Of a stretch of 64,000 nucleotides of DNA, positions 10,427-18,297 are shown piece after piece (the first letter of the stretch is position 1; every line of letters begins with the position of its first letter). The notes beneath the pieces are model-generated. The model did not search any database and was not told the origin of the DNA. It saw nothing but the letters and a program-made list of their open reading frames with translations. The stretch spans positions 256,001-320,000 of the forward strand of contig CAVYTU010000015.1 of NCBI GenBank assembly GCA_963771465.1. Reading direction: 5' to 3'. This DNA is from an uncultured delta proteobacterium. Its GTDB lineage: Bacteria > Desulfobacterota > Binatia > UBA9968. Made by a program: the position numbers and the translations under genes.

Positions 10427-11140
10427 CTACACCTCCAGCCGAGCGATCACCTGCTGATTGGCATGATCGCCCACCACCTGGCCGTCGCGAAAGACGATTT
10501 GCCGCTTGGCGTGCTCGGCGATATCCGCTTCATGGGTGACGAGAATGACGGTGATGCCTTGCTCGGCGTTCAATTGCTGAAACAGCGCCATGATATCGTT
10601 GCTGGTAACGGTATCGAGATTGCCGGTCGGCTCGTCGGCGAGAATCAGCGACGGCTTATTGACCAAGGCACGCGCGATGGCGACCCGCTGTTGTTGCCCG
10701 CCGGAAAGACGATTGGGCGTATGATCGAAGCGCTCGCCGAGGCCGACGAGGGTCAAAACTTCCACCGCCCGTCGGTGGCGCTCCTTGCCGGCGTAACCGT
10801 TGTACATCATCGGCAGCTCGACATTTTCCAGTGCCGTTGTGCGCGACAGTAGATTGAATCCCTGAAAGACAAAACCGATGCGTTTGTTACGGATATGCGC
10901 CCAGTCGTCGGCCGATAGCGAGCCGACTTCTTCGCCTTCGAGAAAATATTTGCCGCGGGTCGGCCGGTCGAGACAGCCGAGAATATTCATGAAGGTCGAC
11001 TTGCCGGAGCCGGACGCACCCATGACCGCGACGAATTCGCCGCCCTCGATGGTCAAGTTAACGCCGCGCAGCGCCGGCACCTCGACGTCGCCCATGCGAT
11101 AGATTTTGTGCAGGTCCTCGACGCGAATGACTTCGCTCAT
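10427..11140 (-). CDS. MacB/LolD-type ABC transporter ATP-binding protein
   Basis: Walker [25 protein letters not shown] and [10 protein letters not shown]. Confidence 0.95.
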   Translation of the reverse strand: MSEVIRVEDLHKIYRMGDVEVPALRGVNLTIEGGEFVAVMGASGSGKSTFMNILGCLDRPTRGKYFLEGEEVGSLSADDWAHIRNKRIGFVFQGFNLLSRTTALENVELPMMYNGYAGKERHRRAVEVLTLVGLGERFDHTPNRLSGGQQQRVAIARALVNKPSLILADEPTGNLDTVTSNDIMALFQQLNAEQGITVILVTHEADIAEHAKRQIVFRDGQVVGDHANQQVIARLEV

Positions 11141-12438
11141 CGGCGTCCTAAACCGCGCGGCGGTTGCGGCTGGAACGGATTGGCCACGCCGCTCTGCGCT
11201 GGCGCGCTGGCGCTGCTCGACGTGCCGATGATCACCGGATCGCTTTCAGCGAGCGCGCCGGCGATCACTTCGGTCTTCGACCCATCGGTGATGCCGACTT
11301 GCACCTCCACCGGCTCGGCTCTGCCCTCTTTCATCACATAGATTTTCACCTGGCGCACTTGGCGCCCCTCGCCGCCGCCGACACCGGAGCCGCCGCCCCG
11401 GCTGGTCCGCCGTTGGCCGACGCGCGGCGCCGTTCTACCCTGCTCCTGGCGGAGCACGTCTTGCGCTTCGTTTTTTTCTTCCGGCGGTCGGAAGCGCAGC
11501 GCCATGTTGGGGATCGTCAGCACGTCTTCTTTTTGACTGACGAGAAACTGCACGTTGGCGGTCATGCCGGGCTTGAGCAACAGCTCTTTATTGTTGATCC
11601 GAACCACCGCATTGTAAGTCACCACGCCTTGGACGTTGATCGGCGCATTGCGCACTTGATTGACCTTGCCGCGAAACCGGCGCTGCGGATGGGCGTCGAC
11701 GGTAAACGATACATCTTGTCCGTCGTGGATATTACCGACATCCGCTTCATCCACGTTGGTATGCACTTCCATCTTGGTCAGATCGTTGGCGATGGTGAAC
11801 AACGTCGGCGCCGACAAGGACGCCGCCACGGTCTGACCGACGTCGATACTGCGCGAAATGACGATGCCGTCCACCGGCGAGCGTATCACCGTATAGCCCA
11901 AATCGATGTTCGCTTGATTCATCGCCGCCTGCGCCTGGCCCACTTGGGCTTGGGAAACGTTGAGCTGCGAGCGCGCCGAATCGTATGCGGTCTGCGCCGC
12001 GTCCAACTCGCTTTGCGACACCAGTTCGCGCTGCTTCAGCTCTTTGGCGCGCTTCAAAGTTCGCTCGGCGTCTTCCACGGCAACTTTCGATTTCGCCGCG
12101 CTTGCCTGGGCCGCCAGAATATTGGCGCGGCTCTCTTCGACTCTCGCGGCGAATTTCGCCTGATCGAGCTGGGCGACCACCTGTTCCTTGGTAACTTTGG
12201 TGTTGTAGTCGGCGTGCAGCTTGGCGATGGTGCCGGAAACTTGGCTGCCGACGAGAACCGTCGTCACCGCTTGCAATGTCCCCGTCGAGGAAACCACCTG
12301 GCGGATATTGGCTTTGCTCGCCGGCACCGTGAGATAGGGAGCTTCTTTGGGACCGTTGCCCATGCGCCAGTAGGCATAGCCGGCGCCGCCGGCTGCCAGC
12401 AACAATACGATAACCAGCAAGGTCTTTTTGAGCTTCAT
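11137..12438 (-). CDS. macA: MacA-like periplasmic adaptor (membrane fusion protein)
   Basis: N-terminal TM; VGSQVSGTI, IRSPVDG, GQTVAASL.APTLF, VDEADVG and LKPGMTA motifs. Confidence 0.9.
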   Translation of the reverse strand: MKLKKTLLVIVLLLAAGGAGYAYWRMGNGPKEAPYLTVPASKANIRQVVSSTGTLQAVTTVLVGSQVSGTIAKLHADYNTKVTKEQVVAQLDQAKFAARVEESRANILAAQASAAKSKVAVEDAERTLKRAKELKQRELVSQSELDAAQTAYDSARSQLNVSQAQVGQAQAAMNQANIDLGYTVIRSPVDGIVISRSIDVGQTVAASLSAPTLFTIANDLTKMEVHTNVDEADVGNIHDGQDVSFTVDAHPQRRFRGKVNQVRNAPINVQGVVTYNAVVRINNKELLLKPGMTANVQFLVSQKEDVLTIPNMALRFRPPEEKNEAQDVLRQEQGRTAPRVGQRRTSRGGGSGVGGGEGRQVRQVKIYVMKEGRAEPVEVQVGITDGSKTEVIAGALAESDPVIIGTSSSASAPAQSGVANPFQPQPPRGLGRR

Positions 12439-12911
12439 GACTCCTCGCAAAGCAGACGAAAAACTTTCACGGCGAAATCATTTGAATCACGCTGGGTCAT
12501 GCGCCGATAGGTGAGTCCCGTGGTGATCTCGGCGTTGGGTTCTTGATCCTCGATCACTTGCTCCAAAGCGACGCGGAAGCGCGACACCGGCGACGCACCC
12601 GGCATCTCGTAATAGAGTTCGCGCACGCTGCCCTTGAGATAATAATTCACGCCCTTATCGGAAATCATCAAAGTGACCTTTGCCGCCTGGCGCAGATTCT
12701 TCGAAGTCGAACTGTCCTTCCATAGCGCCATGTCCAATGTGGCAGCATTCTTCGCCGCGATCTCATAGTAGGAGAGCAAAGCCGGATGCGGCCAGCCGGA
12801 ATCGTCAATCGTAAAAATCGGAATAATCTTCCCTTCGTGCGATTCGACCTCGGCGCCGCTCAAACGTTGAAGCAGCGCCGCTGGTAATTCTTTGCCCAAT
12901 AATTGTGACAT
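12435..12911 (-). CDS. Pyridoxamine 5'-phosphate oxidase-like split-barrel protein, PhdC-like putative prFMN maturase
   Basis: TIDDSGWPHPALLS, LALW..S.T..NL-type segment and EDQEPNAEITTGLTY resemble, from recall, the UbiD/UbiX-associated PNPOx-like family. Confidence 0.65.
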   Translation of the reverse strand: MSQLLGKELPAALLQRLSGAEVESHEGKIIPIFTIDDSGWPHPALLSYYEIAAKNAATLDMALWKDSSTSKNLRQAAKVTLMISDKGVNYYLKGSVRELYYEMPGASPVSRFRVALEQVIEDQEPNAEITTGLTYRRMTQRDSNDFAVKVFRLLCEES

Positions 12912-13006
12912 GTTCGCTCTAACTCCTTAGACGTTTGGCAATTTCAATCTCTGGGGATCGATTCTCCGCTACTTGCTGGATTGCGTTAAGCCGATCCGAA
13001 GTCCGA

Positions 13007-13080
13007 CATTCCCGCATGCCTTAAGCGGGAATCCAGACGAATCCGGAACTGAACCCCGATAAAAAAATTCGGGGGTGACG
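13007..13080. repeat. REP-like double-hairpin element
   Basis: ATTCCCGC-ATGCCTTAA-GCGGGAAT and CCCCGA-TAAAAAAAT-TCGGGG inverted repeats in the intergenic space. Confidence 0.65.
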
Positions 13081-13130
13081 CCTTTAAAACAATCTCATCG
13101 CCTGATACCGCGAACTTGCTGCGGGGTCGT

Positions 13131-13613
13131 TCATTCGGTTAACTCCCCGATCGCAAGCTCCTGCCGCTTGCCGAACCCCTGTTCGTTGTCGATAAAAAAC
13201 AGCTTCTCGGGCAGGACGCAATAGAACTTCACCTTGAGAAAAGCCTTGTGAAACACCCCGCTCGATGGGTCGGTAAAAAGCTTGATCACTTCCGGATATT
13301 TGATCGCGTAAACCGCCATCGCCTTGGCCTTCTCCAAAATTCCATCCACCAGCATAACCCGGCCTTCGAGCTGGATGCCTTTGATTTTTCGCCAGTCCTT
13401 ATAGTCCTCTTGAATCGTCACCGCAACCCGTGCGTTGGCCGCCAGGTTTTGGCAATGGCGCGAATCGGGCGACGAAAAGAAATAAAGATTCAGCCGGTCG
13501 CTGGCGAAAAACACCGTCGCCGCCCATGGCGCGTCGCCGGCACAGGTAGCCAGTGTCATGGTGTTGTGAGTTTTTAGATAATCGAGGACTTGCTGTTTCA
13601 ATTCGTCAGCCAT
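13131..13613 (-). CDS. Pyridoxamine 5'-phosphate oxidase family FMN-binding protein (YhbP/UPF0306-like)
   Basis: HNTMTLAT, PWAATVFF, SRHCQNL, IKGIQLEG and DNEQGFGKR motifs. Confidence 0.8.
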   Translation of the reverse strand: MADELKQQVLDYLKTHNTMTLATCAGDAPWAATVFFASDRLNLYFFSSPDSRHCQNLAANARVAVTIQEDYKDWRKIKGIQLEGRVMLVDGILEKAKAMAVYAIKYPEVIKLFTDPSSGVFHKAFLKVKFYCVLPEKLFFIDNEQGFGKRQELAIGELTE

Positions 13614-13679
13614 CGGCGTGACCTTCGTCTGGCATGAACTCACGAGCGCGCTGCGACCGGCATCGTTGCCGGCGGCTAG

Positions 13680-14732
13680 TCAATCTGAACTTCGCACCAA
13701 GGGAGCGTTTCGAAGCGCTTGAAGATTGACCGCGCCGACACACAGCATGCTGACTTTGAGCTCATGGATAATGCCGGCGATAAATTCTACCACCTTCGCT
13801 GAAGACTCCAAAGCCACCTCTAGGAGCGGTTGGCCGAAGGCTCCCATGTCGGCGCCGAGCGCAATCGACTTGGCGAAATCGACACCGGTACGGATACCCC
13901 CGGACGCAATCAATGGCATATCCGGCAGCGCTTGGCGCACGCTCACCAACGCTTCTTCCGTCGGGATACCCCAATCGGTAAAGGTTCGGTCCGCGGGGTT
14001 GCCGTGTTGCGCCGCGCGCCGCGCTTCCACCGCCGACCATGAGGTGCCGCCGCGGCCGGCGACGTCGATGGCTTTCACGCCCGCGCGTTGCAGCCGCCGC
14101 GCAACGTCCACTGAGATGCCGTTGCCAACTTCCTTGGCGACGATGGGAACTTCGAGATCGCGGCAGAGCGCGGCGATTTTTTCCGTCAGCCCTTTGAAGT
14201 TGCGATTGCCTTCCGGTTGCACCGCTTCTTGCAACGCATTGAGGTGAAGTATCAGCGCATCGGCGCCGATCATTTCCACGGCGCGGCGGCATTGCTCGAT
14301 GCCGTAGCCGTAATTCAATTGCACCGCGCCGAGATTTCCGAGGAGGAGAATGTCGGGGGCAATATCGCGAACCTGGAAGGAAGCTGCCGCGGACGGCTCT
14401 TCGATCGCCACGCGTTGCGAGCCGACGCCCATGGCGATACCCAATTTTTGTGCCGCCGCTGCCAGATTGCGATTGACCTTGCGCGCCAGATCGAAGCCGC
14501 CGGTCATCGACGAAATCAAGATCGGTGCTGTTAGTTTCTTGCCGAGAAACGTCGTGCCGACATCGATCTCGTCGAGATCGAGCTCAGGCAGCGCGTTGTG
14601 AACAAAACGGTAGCGGTCGAGGCCGGTGCTCAGCGAGCTCGTCACGCTCTCAGTATCGAGGCAGAGCTCGAGATGCTGTTTTTTTCGCTGCTGAGTTTGA
14701 GTGAGGGCTTTTTTTACTCTGTGCGGCGGCAT
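13680..14732 (-). CDS. fni: Type 2 isopentenyl-diphosphate delta-isomerase (FMN-dependent)
   Basis: RKKQHL, HNALPE, ISSMTGG, GVGSQR, HLNALQEAVQPEG, KEVGNG, GRGGTSW, WGIPT and ASGGIR motifs. Confidence 0.96.
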   Translation of the reverse strand: MPPHRVKKALTQTQQRKKQHLELCLDTESVTSSLSTGLDRYRFVHNALPELDLDEIDVGTTFLGKKLTAPILISSMTGGFDLARKVNRNLAAAAQKLGIAMGVGSQRVAIEEPSAAASFQVRDIAPDILLLGNLGAVQLNYGYGIEQCRRAVEMIGADALILHLNALQEAVQPEGNRNFKGLTEKIAALCRDLEVPIVAKEVGNGISVDVARRLQRAGVKAIDVAGRGGTSWSAVEARRAAQHGNPADRTFTDWGIPTEEALVSVRQALPDMPLIASGGIRTGVDFAKSIALGADMGAFGQPLLEVALESSAKVVEFIAGIIHELKVSMLCVGAVNLQALRNAPLVRSSD

Positions 14733-14753
14733 GACGTTGAGGAACCAAGAAAC

Positions 14754-15413
14754 TCACCGCTGCTTCTTGGCGGCTTGCCGTTCTTTGGCGGCGCTAATCG
14801 GCGTCGGTTTGGCCTTGGCCGCGTCAGGATGACGGCTCATGCCTTCATCGTCCCAGCGGTGAAACAACTTGACGTCGATGTCGAACTGATCGAGAATCCG
14901 CGTCACCGTCTGGTTGATCACGTCATCGAGAGTCTTTGGCCGGTGGTAGAACGCCGGCACCGGCGGAAATATAATCGCGCCCATGCGTGTGAGCGACGCC
15001 ATCGCTTCGAGATGGCCGAGATGAAGCGGCGTCTCGCGCACGACCAGCAGCAGTTTTTTCCGTTCCTTTAAAACCACGTCAGCGGCGCGAACCAGCAGAT
15101 CGCCGCCGAGAGAATGGGCGATGGCGCCCATGGATTTCATCGAACAAGGCGCAATCACCATCCCTTCGGTGCGAAATGAGCCGCTCGAAATGCTCGCGCC
15201 GACGTTATTGACGTCGTGCACCACGTCGGCCATCGCTTCGACGTCTTTGACCGAGTAAGGCGTTTCGACTTGAATGGTCATCTTGCCGGCTTTACTCAAG
15301 ACCAGATGAGTCTCGATGTCGCCGATCTTGGAGAGAATTTCCAACATGCGCACGCCGTAGATCGCGCCGGTGGCGCCGGAGACGCCGATGATGAGCCGCT
15401 TTTTTTTATTCAA
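14754..15413 (-). CDS. ubiX: Flavin prenyltransferase UbiX
   Basis: GVSGATGAIYG, ISSGSF, APCSMKS, RAADVVLKERK, RETPL and PAFYHRP motifs; TTG start overlaps upstream TGA. Confidence 0.96.
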   Translation of the reverse strand: MNKKKRLIIGVSGATGAIYGVRMLEILSKIGDIETHLVLSKAGKMTIQVETPYSVKDVEAMADVVHDVNNVGASISSGSFRTEGMVIAPCSMKSMGAIAHSLGGDLLVRAADVVLKERKKLLLVVRETPLHLGHLEAMASLTRMGAIIFPPVPAFYHRPKTLDDVINQTVTRILDQFDIDVKLFHRWDDEGMSRHPDAAKAKPTPISAAKERQAAKKQR

Positions 15414-15817
15414 TTGAAAAACTCCAGTGTCAGTTGATCGCCGTCGTGAACCTGGAAATGATCTTTCAAGCGCATCGGCGCGACGATTTCAATTTTGTCC
15501 TGCGGATAATCTTTCACTTCCGGCAACAAAATCGCGCCGCCGACCTTGACGCCGTTGGCCGCCGCGTAAATCTCGACGCGATACAACTTCGCGCTGCAAT
15601 GGCCGTCGGACGCCGCTGTCAATGCCGTAGCGGCGTGATCGCTCTGGACTCGGCGCCAAACCTGGGCATCTTCGGTCCCCTTGGGCCGGATGTTGAGGGT
15701 CGCCGGAAACGGATGGTAGCCAAGGCGTTGGTTTAACAAATCCTGCACCCAATCGAGCGCCATAAATGACGACGCTTGGCCCAGGTCGGAAAAAATCACT
15801 CCGGTCATCCGTTCCAT
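15410..15817 (-). CDS. Archaeal-type CTP-dependent riboflavin kinase (DUF120), no HTH domain
   Basis: G.IFSDLGQA..F, LGYHPFPATLN and IEIVAP..LK....DGD match the CTP-dependent RFK pattern. Confidence 0.82.
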   Translation of the reverse strand: MERMTGVIFSDLGQASSFMALDWVQDLLNQRLGYHPFPATLNIRPKGTEDAQVWRRVQSDHAATALTAASDGHCSAKLYRVEIYAAANGVKVGGAILLPEVKDYPQDKIEIVAPMRLKDHFQVHDGDQLTLEFFN

Positions 15818-15832
15818 CGCCGTGGCATTGGT

Positions 15833-16606
15833 TCAATGGCCCGACAGCGACGCGGCTTTGCCGCCGCGCCGGACTTTAATCACTTCGGCGAGGATCGAAA
15901 GGGCAATTTCCGCCGGCGTTTCGGTGGCGATGTCGAGGCCGATGGGCGCGTAGATTCGGTCGATCGCTTCCTCGGTAACTTTCTCCTCGTCGCGGAATCT
16001 CTGAAAGCACGCCTTGATGCGCCGCCGGCTGCCGATCATGCCGATATATTTCGCCTGGCCGTGCATGATCTGGCGCAGGCAAGGCTCGTCGTAGGCATGA
16101 CCGCGGGTGATCAGCACAATGTAGCAAGACGGCGTGATCGTCATTTCCTTGAGCATCTGCGCCATGTCACCGACCAAAACTTCATCCGCGTCGGGAAATC
16201 GCTCGCGGTTGGCATAGAGCAAACGATCGTCGATGACGGTGACGTGGAAGTCGAGAACCTTGGCGATCCTGGCCAGCGGCACGGCGATGTGGCCGGCACC
16301 GACGACGATCAATTTCGGCGGCGACGGCATCACTTCGAAGAATACTTCCAGTTTTGCATCCGCGTCGGGGACAGCGAGCGAAACCAGCTGCGACTTCTCA
16401 GCGCGCGCATGGGTGTCGCTCTCGCGCACGATCGCTTCGATGACCTTGGCGTTACCGATGGTCTCGGCACGCGCTCTACCGTCGCGGATCAAGCACTTGG
16501 AGCCCGGCTCTATCTTGGCGCTGCCATCGGCTTCGACCACGGTGGCGAGCACCGCAGCCATGCCCTGCTCGGTGATCTCGACGAGTTCTTGAGCTAGCGA
16601 GCTCAT
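15833..16606 (-). CDS. XdhC/CoxF family molybdenum-cofactor insertion protein (CoxI-like domain plus Rossmann domain)
   Basis: LIVVGAGHIA, VIDDR, ITRGH..D, YIGMIGSRRR and APIGLDI..ETPAEIALSI motifs. Confidence 0.92.
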   Translation of the reverse strand: MSSLAQELVEITEQGMAAVLATVVEADGSAKIEPGSKCLIRDGRARAETIGNAKVIEAIVRESDTHARAEKSQLVSLAVPDADAKLEVFFEVMPSPPKLIVVGAGHIAVPLARIAKVLDFHVTVIDDRLLYANRERFPDADEVLVGDMAQMLKEMTITPSCYIVLITRGHAYDEPCLRQIMHGQAKYIGMIGSRRRIKACFQRFRDEEKVTEEAIDRIYAPIGLDIATETPAEIALSILAEVIKVRRGGKAASLSGH

Positions 16607-16998
16607 TTTGCGCCGACCGCCTCCTGATCGCGCTCTTTCCACCATGGATCGATGAAGACGTTCATGATGCCGCCGCACACCGCGGGACTGTCGGAGGAAA
16701 TGTCGTCGAGCAAATCGACGCGCACGGTGCGCGGCTTCTTGGTGCGGATCGCCTCGATCGCTTCGCGCTTCACGTCCGCCTCGCCGCAGCCGCCGCCGAT
16801 GGTGCCGAGGATCTCACCCCAGGCTGTTACGACCATTTTGGCGCCGACCTCGCGCGGCGTCGACCCCTTGGTCGAGACAATGGTCGCCACCGCCACGGTC
16901 TCGCCGTTATCGAGAAACTCCCGCACTTGGTGGTAAATCGTATCTTTTTTCTTCGCCTCTAAATCGGCTTCTGTGTAACAAGCGCCAGGTCCAGCCAT
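16603..16998 (-). CDS. XdhC/CoxI N-terminal domain protein
   Basis: ATIVSTKGSTPREVGAKM, GTIGGGCGE and CGG motifs; ATGA overlap with next gene. Confidence 0.9.
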   Translation of the reverse strand: MAGPGACYTEADLEAKKKDTIYHQVREFLDNGETVAVATIVSTKGSTPREVGAKMVVTAWGEILGTIGGGCGEADVKREAIEAIRTKKPRTVRVDLLDDISSDSPAVCGGIMNVFIDPWWKERDQEAVGAK

Positions 16999-17019
16999 GA
17001 TCGCACCTCCTGATTGTCA

Positions 17020-17080
17020 ATTGATAATGGAGAATTGAAAATGGAGAATGATTTTCCATTATCCATTATCCATTTTTCAA
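17020..17080. repeat. Inverted array of 7-nt repeats (hairpin)
   Basis: TTGATAA TGGAGAA TTGAAAA TGGAGAA facing TTTCCAT TATCCAT TATCCAT TTTTCAA. Confidence 0.7.
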
Positions 17081-18291
17081 GCCACCATTTTCTGCAACGT
17101 CCGTCCCAACGACACCAGACTGTTGACGTTATGGATCGACAAAAACATATCGAGATACGGCAGCGCCGCCTGCATGCCTTTGCACAGTGGCTCGTAGTTC
17201 TCGCTCGCCAGCAAGGGATTGAGCCAGATGATTTTTTTGGCGCGCCGTTTGATATCCTGCATTTCTTTTTCGAGCAAGCTCACGTCGCCGCGGTCCCAAC
17301 CGTCGCTGATGATGACGACGACGCTGCGATGCGTCACCATGCTCGGCGCGAAGTTGCGGTTGAAGGTATGCAGCGAGCGGCCGATGTTGGTGCCGCCGGA
17401 CCAGCCGAGGATGCTGCCGGAAATTTTATCCAACGCGTCGACGATATTTTTCGTGCGGATCAAGTGGGTGATCCGGCTGAGCGACGTGCTGAAGACGAAA
17501 GTCTCGACGCCCCAGAGCTCGTTTTGCAGCCCATACATGAACTGGATCAAAAACCGGCTGTAACAATCCATCGAACCGCTGACGTCGCACAGCAAAACCA
17601 CTTTGGTTTTCTTGATGCGCCGTTTACGATGCGATAACTCGATCACTTCGCCGCCGTATTTCATGCTGCGCCGCAAGGTCGAGCGCGGATCAATGACGCT
17701 GCCTTTGCGGCCGATTTTTTTGCGCCGGCTGATTTGCGTCGCGATTTTGGTCGCGATCAATAGGATCGCCCGCGCGATGGCGCGGCTTTCCTCCACGCTC
17801 ATCTCGCTGAAATCCTTGCGGTTCATCAGCTCCTGCGGGCTGTACGTCGGCACGGCGAATTCATCGAGATTTTCCAACGGTAAGTTTTCATTGGCTATGG
17901 CCTCGGCCGTGGCTTCTTCCAAACCGCCTTCCTCATCGCCGCCCTCGGGGGTCTGGGACTCGGTCGGCGTGCCTTGGATATCCATGGTCTCCATCGGCAT
18001 GCGCTCGTAGCTCTGCTCACACCAGAAGCGATCGAAGAGCATATCGAAAACGGGAAAATCTTCTTTCTGCAAAATGAGATTCGCCCTGAGCAGCGCGCGA
18101 AAATCGCCGCGCTCGGCGAGATCGACTAAATCCACCGCGCGCGACGTATCGAGCACCTGGCTGAGACTGACTTTGACGCCGAGCTGCTTTAGCGCGCGGC
18201 CAAACGCCATCATGTTTGGCAGGGTGCCCTTGCCGCGCACCGAGGCGACGCTATTGACCGCGGCGGCAACCGATTCCGCAGTGATATCCAT
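17077..18291 (-). CDS. coxE: CoxE-like VWA domain protein
   Basis: MIDAS DVSGSM, ETFVFSTSL.RIT, WSGGTNIG, ISDGWDRG and IWLNPL motifs. Confidence 0.9.
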   Translation of the reverse strand: MDITAESVAAAVNSVASVRGKGTLPNMMAFGRALKQLGVKVSLSQVLDTSRAVDLVDLAERGDFRALLRANLILQKEDFPVFDMLFDRFWCEQSYERMPMETMDIQGTPTESQTPEGGDEEGGLEEATAEAIANENLPLENLDEFAVPTYSPQELMNRKDFSEMSVEESRAIARAILLIATKIATQISRRKKIGRKGSVIDPRSTLRRSMKYGGEVIELSHRKRRIKKTKVVLLCDVSGSMDCYSRFLIQFMYGLQNELWGVETFVFSTSLSRITHLIRTKNIVDALDKISGSILGWSGGTNIGRSLHTFNRNFAPSMVTHRSVVVIISDGWDRGDVSLLEKEMQDIKRRAKKIIWLNPLLASENYEPLCKGMQAALPYLDMFLSIHNVNSLVSLGRTLQKMVA

Positions 18292-18297
18292 TGAAGC

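Noticed and set aside
11164-12510. Long plus-strand ORF of 448 aa and similar antisense ORFs (19672-20628, 15776-16597, 60986-61816)
   Set aside because: Shadow frames opposite well-supported genes in GC-rich DNA, with no motifs
13680-15413. fni plus ubiX as part of an archaeal-type mevalonate pathway
   Set aside because: No mevalonate kinase, phosphomevalonate dehydratase or UbiD-type decarboxylase in the window; cannot be excluded genome-wide
16603-16606. xdhC split as a frameshift or a novelty
   Set aside because: Clean ATGA coupling at a domain boundary; two-gene XdhC arrangements are already known
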